NCBI GenBank assembly: GCA_041752695.1
Contig: JBGSVZ010000092.1
Location: 64,001 to 128,000 of the forward strand
Direction: 5' to 3'
DNA length: 64,000 nucleotides
From: Terrimicrobiaceae bacterium
GTDB lineage: Bacteria > Verrucomicrobiota > Verrucomicrobiia > Chthoniobacterales > Terrimicrobiaceae
Positions 1 to 9,066 of this stretch are shown in pieces (the stretch's first letter is position 1; every line of letters starts with the position of its first letter). Below the pieces are notes generated by a model. That model was not told where the DNA came from. It made no database searches and was given only the letters and a program-made list of their open reading frames with translations. The position numbers and the translations under genes were made by a program.

Positions 1-187
1 CGACACCCGAAAAAACCAGTCCGGGCAATTTGTCGCCATCAATTCCACGATCTACGAGAACCGCTCGGTGTATCTGCGCAACATCACCACGGAATCGCTC
101 GTCACCTCCTTTCGCTTCGGCACAAACGTGGTCATCCATCTTCTGACCCGTTGGGAAAGCAAGACCCGCACTGCGCCAACCTTGTAA
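1..187 (+). CDS. 3' end of a CDS entering the window, possibly a DUF4159-type protein
   Basis: Frame 2 is open from the window start to TAA at 185-187 (...SFRFGTNVVIHLLTRWESKTRTAPTL*). The family guess rests on the FRFGTNVVIH ending only. Confidence 0.5.
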   Translation, partial: DTRKNQSGQFVAINSTIYENRSVYLRNITTESLVTSFRFGTNVVIHLLTRWESKTRTAPTL

Positions 188-204
188 CCAACGGGGCGTT
201 GGCA

Positions 205-410
205 AACGTCGAACGCTCAACGCTGAACTCTGAACGCTCAAGTGAGGCGTTTTGGGTTCGGCGTGAAATTTTGAGCAGGCACTCAAACGTGTGCATGAGT
301 TCCGTCAAAAGGGGTTCCCAATAAACATGGGGACATGCATTTGCCTTCCGGCGGGTAGCCGAGAGTTCCTTACTTCAGCGTTGAAAGTTGAGCGTTCGGC
401 GTTCGGCGTT
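205..410. repeat. Inverted pair of heptamer arrays, (AACNNYS)5-AAGT
   Basis: Plus strand 205-243: AACGTCG AACGCTC AACGCTG AACTCTG AACGCTC AAGT. Minus strand 410-372: AACGCCG AACGCCG AACGCTC AACTTTC AACGCTG AAGT. Confidence 0.9.
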
Positions 411-427
411 GGCCGCCGCGGCGGAGG

Positions 428-1135
428 CTAGCCTCCCCAGCGGCCGCCTGGGCTTAGCGACGGAACCCAGCCGCGGAGGTGTCCGTCGGCGTAGTTGGTT
501 TTGCCAATGGCCCCGATCATTTTTTTGCCGGTGGCGTCGCGCCAAGCCTTGCTCATGCTTTCGCCGGTGTGGCAGCCCCAGCTTTTCACGAAGGCGTCGC
601 GGGTGAAGAGCCCGCGGTGGATTTGTTTCAATTCGTTCTCGTGCAGCCAGACTTTGGAAGCGCTGTCGATTTCGTTGCTGTAATCGAACATGAAACACGC
701 GCGGTTGGAGTGCCCGTAAAACTCGAAGTTGGCGATCTTCACCTGACTGCGGGGCTGGCCGGCGTTGAGGTAGTTGATGAGTTGGCTGGTGCTGTTGAAA
801 AACACCAGGTTGACACCGTATTTGTCGCGCACGCTGACAATGTTGCCAATGAGGTCGGACTTGTCCTGGCGCTCGGCGCGTCGGGAGTAGCCGGGTTTAT
901 AAACCAGCCAGGTGATGCGGGCACCTGGGCCGTGTTCTTTGCGGAGTTCCTCGATGCGAACGCGGGCGGCGCGGATAAAATTGCCCCACCAGCGGTCGTG
1001 CGGGGCGGCTTTGTATTTTTCCCACTCGTCCAGGGACGGGCCCCCGCTGACCAGGATGTATTCCTTTTGCACCTCGGCGACGACCGGGACGGTGCACACG
1101 ACGAGGAGCAGGAGCGCGCGGAGCAGAGACTTCAT
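428..1135 (-). CDS. Exported hypothetical protein, 235 aa, with His/Cys motifs (possible caspase-hemoglobinase-fold peptidase)
   Basis: C-terminal part of ORF 428..2104. Start MKSLLRALLLLVVC has a signal peptide; motifs FYGHSN and SWGCHTG. Confidence 0.75.
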   Translation of the reverse strand: MKSLLRALLLLVVCTVPVVAEVQKEYILVSGGPSLDEWEKYKAAPHDRWWGNFIRAARVRIEELRKEHGPGARITWLVYKPGYSRRAERQDKSDLIGNIVSVRDKYGVNLVFFNSTSQLINYLNAGQPRSQVKIANFEFYGHSNRACFMFDYSNEIDSASKVWLHENELKQIHRGLFTRDAFVKSWGCHTGESMSKAWRDATGKKMIGAIGKTNYADGHLRGWVPSLSPGGRWGG

Positions 1136-1213
1136 CGTTTGGAGAAAACGCAGCGCGTGGATTTCTGCAAGAGGATTTCTCGCCAAAGTGGCAGGTTGTT
1201 CTATTCTCCCGCC

Positions 1214-3556
1214 ATGGCTTTGGACCCCTCTGTGTTCGAAAAACTTGGCGCATTCTATCTCGGCAGCCCGCATGATCAGGCCGCTAAAAAAACGGCTGAA
1301 GTCCCTTTGCTCTACGATTCCCGGGACTTGGTGACGCACGCGGTCTGTGTGGGAATGACGGGCAGCGGCAAAACGGGACTTTGCCTCGCTCTCCTGGAAG
1401 AGGCGGCAATTGACGGGGTGCCGGCTATCATCATCGATCCGAAAGGCGATCTTGGGAATTTGCTCCTCACTTTTCCGGAATTGCGCCCGGAGGATTTCCG
1501 ACCCTGGATTAACGAGGAGGATGCGCGCCGCAAAGAGATGGAGCCGGCGGCCTTCGCCACGCAGCAGGCGGAGATGTGGAAAAAGGGTCTCGCGTCGTGG
1601 GGGCAGGACGGGGACCGCATCCGCTCGTTGCGGGAGAAGGTGGACATGGCCATCTATACGCCGGGCAGCACGAGTGGGCTGCCGGTGAACGTGCTGGCAT
1701 CTTTTGCGGCTCCCGAAACGGATGATCCCGAGGCCCTGGCGGATCGCGTGCAGACCACCGCCGCGAGCCTGTTGGGCTTGTTGAAAATAGAGGCCGACCC
1801 GGTAAAAAGTCGGGAGTGCATCCTGCTCTCCGCTCTGCTCCAGCACGAATGGTCGCAGGGCCATGACCTGGATCTGCCAGGGCTGATTGAGCGCATCCAG
1901 ACCCCTCCGTTCGAGAAAATTGGTGTGCTCAATCTGGAAACATTTTATCCTGCGAAAGATCGCTTTGCGCTGGTAATGGCTCTGAACAACGTGCTGGCCT
2001 CCCCCGGGTTTGCGACCTGGCAGCAAGGCGAGGCGCTGGATGCGGGGAAGTTTCTCTACACGGCTGAGGGGAAACCCCGCGTGTCCATTTTCTCCATCGC
2101 GCACCTCGGGGATGATGAGCGGATGTTTTTTGTCGCCCTTCTTTTAAACGAGGTCCTTTCCTGGACCCGCGCCCAAAGCGGCACCACCAGTCTTCGCGCC
2201 ATACTTTACATGGACGAGATTTTTGGATACCTGCCACCGACCGCCAACCCGCCTTCCAAGCTCCCCATGTTGACCCTGCTCAAACAGGCGCGCGCTTTCG
2301 GCGTGGGGGTGGTGCTGGCCACGCAAAATCCAGTCGATCTCGACTACAAGGCCCTGTCCAACTGCGGCACCTGGTTCATTGGGCGTCTGCAGACCGAACG
2401 CGACAAGGCCCGCATGCTCGATGGACTGCAAGGCGCGGCCGGGGGAGGTAAGTTTGACCGACAGGCCATGGAAAGTGCGCTGGCGGGATTGGGAAACCGG
2501 ATTTTCCTGATGAACAATGTTCATGATGACGGTCCGGTGATTTTCGAGACGCGCTGGGTGATGAGTTACCTCCGCGGCCCGCTGACAAGGGATCAGATCA
2601 AAGTTCTCATGAACGGCCGTCAGACCGCGGCCCCTCCCAAACCTGCATCCATGCCCGCTCAGGCCGCGGGACGTCCGGCGTTACCCCCGGGTGTGCCCCA
2701 GGTGTTTTTGCCGACCCGTTCCGGGGCCGATGTCCTCTATGTCCCGGCCTTGCTCGGTGCGGCCTCCGTGCGGTTCAGTGATTCCAAACTCGGAGTGGAC
2801 GAAACCCGCGAGGTGATCCTGGCGGCGGACATTCCTGCCGGAGTTTCCGGGGCGAATTGGGAAAATGCCGAGTTGCTCGATCTCGAAATCGGGGATCTGG
2901 CCAAGGCGCCCGAGGGAGCGGCGAAATATGGCGAGGTGGCTGCGGCCGCGGGTCAGCCGAAAAACTTTCCCGCGTGGGAAAAGGAATTTTCCCAAGCCCT
3001 CGCCGCCACCCAGAGACTGACCGTTCTTCGCTGCGCGGATCTCAAAACCGTTTCCAACCCCGGGGAATCCGAGGCCCAATTTCGCGCCCGCATTGCGCTG
3101 GCCGTGCGGGAAAACCGGGACGCTGGCGTGGAGGCTCTGCGGAAAAAATACGCCCCGAAGCTGGCTGCCCTCCAGACCCGACTTGCGCGTGCACAAGGCA
3201 TGGTGGAGCGACAGAAGGAACAAGCCTCCCACGCGCGCATGCAGACGTTTATTTCGGTCGGCTCCACCATTTTGGGCGCCCTCCTGGGCCGGAAGGCTCT
3301 GAGTAGCGCCAATGTGGGAAAGGCGGCCACGGCGGCCCGTGGAGTCAGCCGCAGCATGAAGGAGGGTTCGGATGTGGCATCGGCCGAACAGGGGGCCGGG
3401 GCTATCAGTCAGCAAATCGCCGACCTGGAAACGGAATGCGAAGCGGAGAGCGCGGCATTGCGGGCGACGGAACCCCAGATCGAAACCGTAGAGGTCAAGC
3501 CGCTGAAGAGCGCCATTACGGTGCGGCTCGTCGCCCTCGCCTGGCGGCCAGTGTGA
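1214..3556 (+). CDS. HerA/FtsK-superfamily ATPase (DUF87/DUF853-like), 780 aa
   Basis: Walker A GMTGSGKT, IIIDPKGD, Walker B LYMDEIFG, LLKQARAFG and LATQNPVDLDYK; start MALDPSVFEKLG at 1214. Confidence 0.85.
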   Translation: MALDPSVFEKLGAFYLGSPHDQAAKKTAEVPLLYDSRDLVTHAVCVGMTGSGKTGLCLALLEEAAIDGVPAIIIDPKGDLGNLLLTFPELRPEDFRPWINEEDARRKEMEPAAFATQQAEMWKKGLASWGQDGDRIRSLREKVDMAIYTPGSTSGLPVNVLASFAAPETDDPEALADRVQTTAASLLGLLKIEADPVKSRECILLSALLQHEWSQGHDLDLPGLIERIQTPPFEKIGVLNLETFYPAKDRFALVMALNNVLASPGFATWQQGEALDAGKFLYTAEGKPRVSIFSIAHLGDDERMFFVALLLNEVLSWTRAQSGTTSLRAILYMDEIFGYLPPTANPPSKLPMLTLLKQARAFGVGVVLATQNPVDLDYKALSNCGTWFIGRLQTERDKARMLDGLQGAAGGGKFDRQAMESALAGLGNRIFLMNNVHDDGPVIFETRWVMSYLRGPLTRDQIKVLMNGRQTAAPPKPASMPAQAAGRPALPPGVPQVFLPTRSGADVLYVPALLGAASVRFSDSKLGVDETREVILAADIPAGVSGANWENAELLDLEIGDLAKAPEGAAKYGEVAAAAGQPKNFPAWEKEFSQALAATQRLTVLRCADLKTVSNPGESEAQFRARIALAVRENRDAGVEALRKKYAPKLAALQTRLARAQGMVERQKEQASHARMQTFISVGSTILGALLGRKALSSANVGKAATAARGVSRSMKEGSDVASAEQGAGAISQQIADLETECEAESAALRATEPQIETVEVKPLKSAITVRLVALAWRPV

Positions 3557-4451
3557 CGAAGCCGACGCAGCCAAGCAGCAATAACGTGGAAGGTTCCGGC
3601 ACGGTTGAGACCGGGATTCCCGCGCCGGAAATTTGCTCCAGATAGGCGGGGATAAACGCGTCGAGATTGGTGGAACCCGAAACGGCGGAATGGACGCCCA
3701 CCAGGGCGAGCGAACCGTTCCATGCGACAAAGGAAGGGCTTCCAGAGTCGCCCAATTGCAGCAAAGCCTCACCGGCACCCGCGCCTTGCGTGAAAGCCAT
3801 TAAGATCGTGTCATCGAGCAGGTCGAAATTCGTTCCCGTATTTAAGACGTCGTCCGAGGCCACTGCCGGAGTGCCGGCGTTCCAGTAGAGATTTTCCGTG
3901 CCCAGCGCGCCAATCACTCCCGTGCCCACAGCAGCGCTCCACCCATAAACCAGCAAATCCAGCCCGACGTAGTCTCCAGAAGTCGGCAAATCGAGCACGG
4001 GATAAAAAGCAATGGCATCGCCGGGATCGATCGGTGTGGTCAGCCGGCCGATGGACAGATCCGACTTGAGATGATCCCCTGGAGCCTGGAGGGGGTATTC
4101 CATGGCCAGTGAAAAAGTCGTGTCGATGGTGTAGGAAACCACCGCGTTATCCGCCGGGCTGTAGAAGAATATACTCGAATTGGGAGGCTGGTAATGAGTC
4201 GCGAACACGAAGTATTGATCGCTGATCATCGTGAAACTCTGGGTGGAATCGGTTCCCCAGCCCACCCCGGAGAGGTCGTAGCCCGCGGCGAAGAAATTGG
4301 GGCTGGTGTTGGGAACGGGAGCGCCGGGATAGCCGGACTCAAAACGATAGTTGTCCTCCGCGTTCTCCCCATTGATGATTAGGGCAATCGATGCCTGCGG
4401 GAGGAGGAAACCGCCCGCAAGTGCAACGAGGGCGGCGGAGAGCGTTCGCAT
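3516..4451 (-). CDS. PEP-CTERM-sorted trypsin-like serine protease
   Basis: Signal peptide MRTLSAALVALAGG; motifs FATHY, SDLSIGRL and GDSGSP; C-terminal VPEPSTLLLLG-TM-RRGRR. Confidence 0.8.
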   Translation of the reverse strand: MRTLSAALVALAGGFLLPQASIALIINGENAEDNYRFESGYPGAPVPNTSPNFFAAGYDLSGVGWGTDSTQSFTMISDQYFVFATHYQPPNSSIFFYSPADNAVVSYTIDTTFSLAMEYPLQAPGDHLKSDLSIGRLTTPIDPGDAIAFYPVLDLPTSGDYVGLDLLVYGWSAAVGTGVIGALGTENLYWNAGTPAVASDDVLNTGTNFDLLDDTILMAFTQGAGAGEALLQLGDSGSPSFVAWNGSLALVGVHSAVSGSTNLDAFIPAYLEQISGAGIPVSTVPEPSTLLLLGCVGFVTLAARRGRRAAP

Positions 4452-4483
4452 ACAACGAATTACGCACCCATCACGCCATACGG

Positions 4484-5146
4484 TCAATGAGAATTTGGCG
4501 ACCCCGAACCCGCAGCGTCCAGAAGTTCGCGGCACGCCCGGCAGTAGCCCGAGATGTCGGAGGCTTGCAGAATGCCGGACACAATAACGACCCTGCTGGT
4601 GCCCGCCTTGAGCAGTGGCCCGAGATTTTCGAGCTTGATGCCTCCGATGCAAAAAATGGGGACGGAAACCGTTCGGTGCACTTCCGCGAGATCCGCCAGC
4701 CCAATGGGAACGTAGTCCGGTTTGGTGGGTGTGGCGAAAAGCGGCCCGAAGCCAATGTAGTCGGGGTCGTGCTCATTCGCCGTGGCGGCCTGGGTCACGC
4801 TGTGGGTGGAAAGCCCGATGATTTTGCCGTCTCCCGCGAGCGCTCTGGCCTCTGCCACCGTCATATCGTCCTGACCCACATGGGCTCCGTCTGCGCCGGT
4901 CTCCGCCACGAGGTCCGGGTGGTCGTTCAGAACGAAGGGCACATCGCGCTCGCGGCACAGGGGAGCCACCTGCCGGGCGAGAGCCGCGATTTCAGACACG
5001 GGCCGGTTTTTCGCCCGGAGTTGGAGCATTTGCACTCCGCCCTCCAGCATGGCCCGGGTGACTGGCAGGGCGTCCTCTGCGGTTACATAACCGAGGTCGA
5101 GGATGCCGTAGAGGCGGGCCGCCCGCAGACTTCGGATTATTTCCAC
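4484..5146 (-). CDS. thiE: Thiamine-phosphate synthase
   Basis: LQLRAK, FVLND, GAHVGQDD, IGLSTHS, GPLFATPTK, IGGI motifs. Confidence 0.92.
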   Translation of the reverse strand: MEIIRSLRAARLYGILDLGYVTAEDALPVTRAMLEGGVQMLQLRAKNRPVSEIAALARQVAPLCRERDVPFVLNDHPDLVAETGADGAHVGQDDMTVAEARALAGDGKIIGLSTHSVTQAATANEHDPDYIGFGPLFATPTKPDYVPIGLADLAEVHRTVSVPIFCIGGIKLENLGPLLKAGTSRVVIVSGILQASDISGYCRACRELLDAAGSGSPNSH

Positions 5147-6042
5147 AGTGGCGTGGGATAGGTGCCGTCGGCGTGCAGGGCGGCCAGGGACTTCATCACG
5201 ATGGGTTTGTCTTCGCGGTAGGTGACGCCAAACCAGGCCGCGTCGGTGGGCAGAACGTCCAGCGTGGCTTCACCGAGGGTCACCATCTCGCCGATGGCCA
5301 TCGGGATGTAACACTCGGCCTTCGGGTCGGCCGATTTTTCCTTGAGGAAGGCGATGAGCTTGCTCTCGAGGAGAGGAAAAACCGCCGGGGTGAGACCCCA
5401 AAAATTCATCGAGACCGATTCGTCTCCCGTAAAGGTGCGCTCGCTTCCGTCGGCCTCCTTCTGGGAAATTTTTTCGCCCCCTTCGATGCTGGTGCATTCG
5501 ACGATGTGGATGAGGCGGCCGGTCGGGTCCACTTCGCAGACCCCTCGCGCCACGGAACCGTGCTCGGAAAGGGTGCTGCTCAAACGGTAGCCAGCCATGG
5601 CAAAGCGGGTGGTGTCGGAGGGGCCGGACTGGAGAAACTTGCCCATGATTTTATACGACTGTCCTCCGTAAAAATCATCCGCATTGATCGCGGCGAAGGG
5701 GCCATCCAGTGCCCCGCGAGCGCACCAGATCGCGTGCGCCGTGCCCCAGGGTTTTTGCCGACCTTCGGGAATAAAGAACCCCGCTGGCAGAGCGTCCAAC
5801 TGCTGAAACACATAATCGACAGCAATTTTTCCCTCGTACCTCGCGCCAATCTTTTCGCGGAATTCCGCCTCAATGTCGCGACGGATGATAAAAACCACCC
5901 GGTCAAATCCGGCCTGAACCGCATCAAAAACCGAATAGTCGAGCAGGGTTTCCCCGGTGGGTCCCATGGGATCGAGTTGTTTGAGACCGCCATAACGGCT
6001 ACCCATGCCGGCCGCCAAAACGAGGAGAGAGAGTTGAGACAT
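5137..6042 (-). CDS. Sugar-phosphate nucleotidyltransferase family protein
   Basis: LVLAAGMGSRYGGLKQ, KPWGTAHA, INADDFYG, SMNFWG, WFGVTY. Confidence 0.88.
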   Translation of the reverse strand: MSQLSLLVLAAGMGSRYGGLKQLDPMGPTGETLLDYSVFDAVQAGFDRVVFIIRRDIEAEFREKIGARYEGKIAVDYVFQQLDALPAGFFIPEGRQKPWGTAHAIWCARGALDGPFAAINADDFYGGQSYKIMGKFLQSGPSDTTRFAMAGYRLSSTLSEHGSVARGVCEVDPTGRLIHIVECTSIEGGEKISQKEADGSERTFTGDESVSMNFWGLTPAVFPLLESKLIAFLKEKSADPKAECYIPMAIGEMVTLGEATLDVLPTDAAWFGVTYREDKPIVMKSLAALHADGTYPTPLWK

Positions 6043-6158
6043 CCCGGCTGTTCTCGCCGATCCCCACCGCTGAGGCAAGCCGCAGATAACCGGCTCGACC
6101 GCGTTTTACAATCGTTGTCCCAGGTGGGACATTTATTGTAAATCCGACCCGCTGGTGT

Positions 6159-6671
6159 TCATTGGGGGGTGCGGGCGATTTTGGCGGATTCGTAGCCCTG
6201 CGCGACGGCGAGAGCAACGAGGCGTTCGTAGAGTTTTTCGTCCATTGCCGGACGGCGTGCGAGGATCCAGAGGTATTTGCGAGAAGGGTGGCCGACCAGG
6301 GCCCATTGGTAATTTTTGTCGAGTCCGATGATCCAATAGGCGCCGGTGAAGGGGCCGAAGAAGCTCACTTTGAGTTTCGCATTTCCGCTGCCGGGAACCA
6401 CTTTCGCCCGACCTTGGATGGACTCGCGGGAGCCGTCGGCCTGTCGGCAGGCATTCACCACGCGGATGGCACCGTCGGGCAGCGGGGAGTACGATGCGGT
6501 CACCGCCCCGGTGCATTTGCGTTGAAACCAATTGGGGTAGCGTGCGATCTCATGCCAGTCGCCGGAGTAGCGTTTGAGGTCGACTTCCGGCACGGTGGCA
6601 AGCGGGCGGGAGGTCGCACATCCGGAAAGTAGGGCGATGATCATTGCAGCGAGCGGTGCTTTTGCTTTCAT
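6159..6671 (-). CDS. blc: Bacterial lipocalin (Blc-like lipoprotein)
   Basis: Lipobox LSGC; VDLKRYSGDWHEIARYP, KLKVSFFGPF, YLWILAR. Confidence 0.88.
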   Translation of the reverse strand: MKAKAPLAAMIIALLSGCATSRPLATVPEVDLKRYSGDWHEIARYPNWFQRKCTGAVTASYSPLPDGAIRVVNACRQADGSRESIQGRAKVVPGSGNAKLKVSFFGPFTGAYWIIGLDKNYQWALVGHPSRKYLWILARRPAMDEKLYERLVALAVAQGYESAKIARTPQ

Positions 6672-6678
6672 GGTGGTG

Positions 6679-8268
6679 ATGACTATTCGCCTGCTGGGCT
6701 TGTTTTGGTTGCTGACGATCCTCGCGGCGTGCGGGCCTTCGGACAAGCGTGCAGACTTGGTTTTCATCAATGGGGCCGAACCCGAGACCCTCGACCCGGC
6801 ACTGGTGACCGGTCAGCCGGAGGGGAGGGTGGTCAATGCGCTCTTTGAGGGCCTCACCACCTTCAATGCCGAGGCGCGGCCCGGTCCGGGCATGGCCGAG
6901 AGCTGGACGGTGTCCGACGACAAGAGGGTTTACACGTTTCGTCTGCGGGGGGACGCTCGCTGGAGCGATGGGTCCGCGCTCACCGCGGAGGATTTTGTGG
7001 CCTCCTGGCGGCGCACCCTTCTTCCGGAAACGGCGGCGAGTTACAATTACCAGCTCTTTTACATCAAGAATGCCCAGCCTTTCGCCGAGGAGAAGATCGC
7101 GGACTTCTCCGAGGTGGGTGTGAAAGCCCTTGATGAGCGGACCCTTGAGGTCACTCTGGAAAATCCCACCCCGTTCTTTCTCGATCTCTGTGCCACGCCC
7201 CCCCTTGCCCCGGTCCCCACCAAGCTGATCGAGAAAGTGGGCGACGACTGGATCAAGCCGGAGCATATGGTAAATAACGGTGCCTACCAGCTGGTAACCT
7301 GGAGGATCAATGATCTCATCCGCCTGCGGAAAAATCCCCGGTATTGGAACGCCGTCAATGTCGCCCTGGAAACCATCGACATTCTGCCGATCGCCAAAGA
7401 CACCGTCGCTTTCAATTTTTATGCGAGTGGCCTGGCCGACCTGAGCATGGACAAGGGGCTGACGCCGCCGGCGTTGCTGGACGAGTTGAAAAAACGCCCC
7501 GATTTTCATCCCGCGCCCTTTCTCGGGACCTACTTTCTGCGGTTTAATTGCCAGAAAGGCCCGTTCGCGGATCCTCGCGTCCGACGGGCCTTCAGCATGG
7601 CGGTGGACAAGCGGCGCATCGTGGAAAAAATCACGCGCGCCGGCGAACTGCCCGCCGCCGGTTTTGTGCCTCCCGGCCTGGAAGGCTATCCCGCCCCCGA
7701 CGGTCTGCCGTATGATCCCGAAGCTGCACGGGCCCTGCTGGCCGAAGCCGGTTTTCCGCGGGGCGAGGGATTTCCTCTCGTCAACTACCTCTACGACGAC
7801 AAGGGTTCCAATGAGTTCATTGCGGTGGAGCTGCAGGACATGTGGAAGAAAGAACTCGGCGTCGGCGTGAATCTCGCCAAGCAGGAGTGGAAGGTCTATC
7901 TCAACTCCCTGTCTTCGCTCGATTATGACATCGCCCGCTCAAGTTGGGTGGGGGATTATCCGGACCCCAATACCTTTCTCGACATGTTTCTCACGGGTGG
8001 GGGCAACAATCGCACCGGATGGAGCAATCCTGCTTACGATCGCCTGATTGCGGATGCGGCCAGGGAAACCGATCCTGTTCGGCGGGCGGAGATTCTGCGG
8101 GAAGCGGAAATTTTGCTGGTCGTGCACGAGGCCCCGGTCTGTCCGCTTTATTATTATGTCGGGATCCAGCTTTACGATCCGGAAAAAATTGGCGGCATCG
8201 CTCCCAACGTCCTGGATGAACACCCTCTGAAGGCGATGTTTCGCAAGGACAGGGGCGGCAAGCCCTGA
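6679..8268 (+). CDS. Peptide ABC transporter substrate-binding lipoprotein (OppA family); alternative start at 6670
   Basis: Lipobox LAAC; GAEPETLDP, LFEGL, YTFRLR..ARWSDG, WVGDYPDP. Confidence 0.9.
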   Translation: MTIRLLGLFWLLTILAACGPSDKRADLVFINGAEPETLDPALVTGQPEGRVVNALFEGLTTFNAEARPGPGMAESWTVSDDKRVYTFRLRGDARWSDGSALTAEDFVASWRRTLLPETAASYNYQLFYIKNAQPFAEEKIADFSEVGVKALDERTLEVTLENPTPFFLDLCATPPLAPVPTKLIEKVGDDWIKPEHMVNNGAYQLVTWRINDLIRLRKNPRYWNAVNVALETIDILPIAKDTVAFNFYASGLADLSMDKGLTPPALLDELKKRPDFHPAPFLGTYFLRFNCQKGPFADPRVRRAFSMAVDKRRIVEKITRAGELPAAGFVPPGLEGYPAPDGLPYDPEAARALLAEAGFPRGEGFPLVNYLYDDKGSNEFIAVELQDMWKKELGVGVNLAKQEWKVYLNSLSSLDYDIARSSWVGDYPDPNTFLDMFLTGGGNNRTGWSNPAYDRLIADAARETDPVRRAEILREAEILLVVHEAPVCPLYYYVGIQLYDPEKIGGIAPNVLDEHPLKAMFRKDRGGKP

Positions 8269-8299
8269 ATCGGCCCTTCCATTTTCAGGAGAAATAGAA

Positions 8300-8328
8300 T
8301 TGACACAAGGCGCGTGTCTCCCTAGCTC
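8300..8328 (+). promoter_or_regulatory. Candidate sigma70 promoter for rpoZ-smpB
   Basis: TTGACA (8300-8305), 17-nt spacer, TAGCTC (8323-8328). Confidence 0.45.
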
Positions 8329-8367
8329 TAAACGTTCCGCGCGATTAGGTCGGCGGAGTCAGGTTCT

Positions 8368-8586
8368 ATGAACAGCATTTTTATCGACGACGCCTCCAAA
8401 GTGATTCCCGATCCGCAAATTTTGATCAATATGGTCTCCAAACGGGTGCGCCAGCTCAGTGCTGGAAGCCATCCCATGGTCTCCGTAGAGCCCAGGATGG
8501 GTCTCGCCGACATCGCGTTGGCGGAAATCGCGCAGGGAAAGCTTGCGCCTGTCCTTCCGGACAGCGGGCCAACTAAGGAGGAATAG
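8368..8586 (+). CDS. rpoZ: RNA polymerase omega subunit
   Basis: 72 aa with LINMVSKRVRQL and IALAEIAQGK. Confidence 0.8.
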   Translation: MNSIFIDDASKVIPDPQILINMVSKRVRQLSAGSHPMVSVEPRMGLADIALAEIAQGKLAPVLPDSGPTKEE

Positions 8587-8607
8587 CTCCGCCGGGAGCG
8601 GGCCGTT

Positions 8608-9066
8608 ATGTCCGCTGAAATTGTCACCAACCGCAAGGGTCTGCGGGATTACCACATCCTCGAGAAAATCGAGGCGGGTGTTGAGTTGCGTGGCACCGAG
8701 GTGAAGTCCATCCGGTCCGGTCTCGTAAACCTTCAGGGGTCTTTCGCCCGCATTGAGGGCAATCAGATGTTTTTGTACGACGGGGATATCCAACCCTATG
8801 TGCGAGCGAGTCATTTTCAGCACGAACCCAAACGTCGTCGTCGGCTCCTGCTGCATCGCCGGGAAATTCTCCGTCTTTCCGCGCAGACCGAACAAGCGGG
8901 GTACACTCTGGTGGCCCTGCGCATGTATTGGAAGGGCGGCCGGGTGAAGGTAGAACTGGGCGTGGGCAAGGGCAAGGTGGCTTCAGATAAACGTGCGGAT
9001 CTGAAGAAGCGAGTGCAGGAACGCGAAACCAATCGCGTGCTGGCCAATATTCAACGCAAAAGGTAA
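8608..9066 (+). CDS. smpB: SsrA-binding protein
   Basis: NRK..RDYHI, EAGVELRGTEVKSIR, LLLHRREI, GKGK...DKR. Confidence 0.95.
   Translation: MSAEIVTNRKGLRDYHILEKIEAGVELRGTEVKSIRSGLVNLQGSFARIEGNQMFLYDGDIQPYVRASHFQHEPKRRRRLLLHRREILRLSAQTEQAGYTLVALRMYWKGGRVKVELGVGKGKVASDKRADLKKRVQERETNRVLANIQRKR

Noticed and set aside
205..410. CRISPR array or protein-coding ORFs 375..698 and 388..606
   Set aside because: Units are 7 nt with no spacers and no cas genes; the peptide ERRTLNFQR is just the translated repeat.
479..2104. Long N-terminal extensions of ORFs 479..3556 (+) and 428..2104 (-)
   Set aside because: Each extension is the antisense shadow of the other real gene; protein-like sequence starts at 1214 and 1135.
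1214..3556. Known HerA-based defence system (Nezha, Sir2-HerA, DUF4297-HerA)
   Set aside because: No partner effector gene is adjacent and the context is housekeeping.
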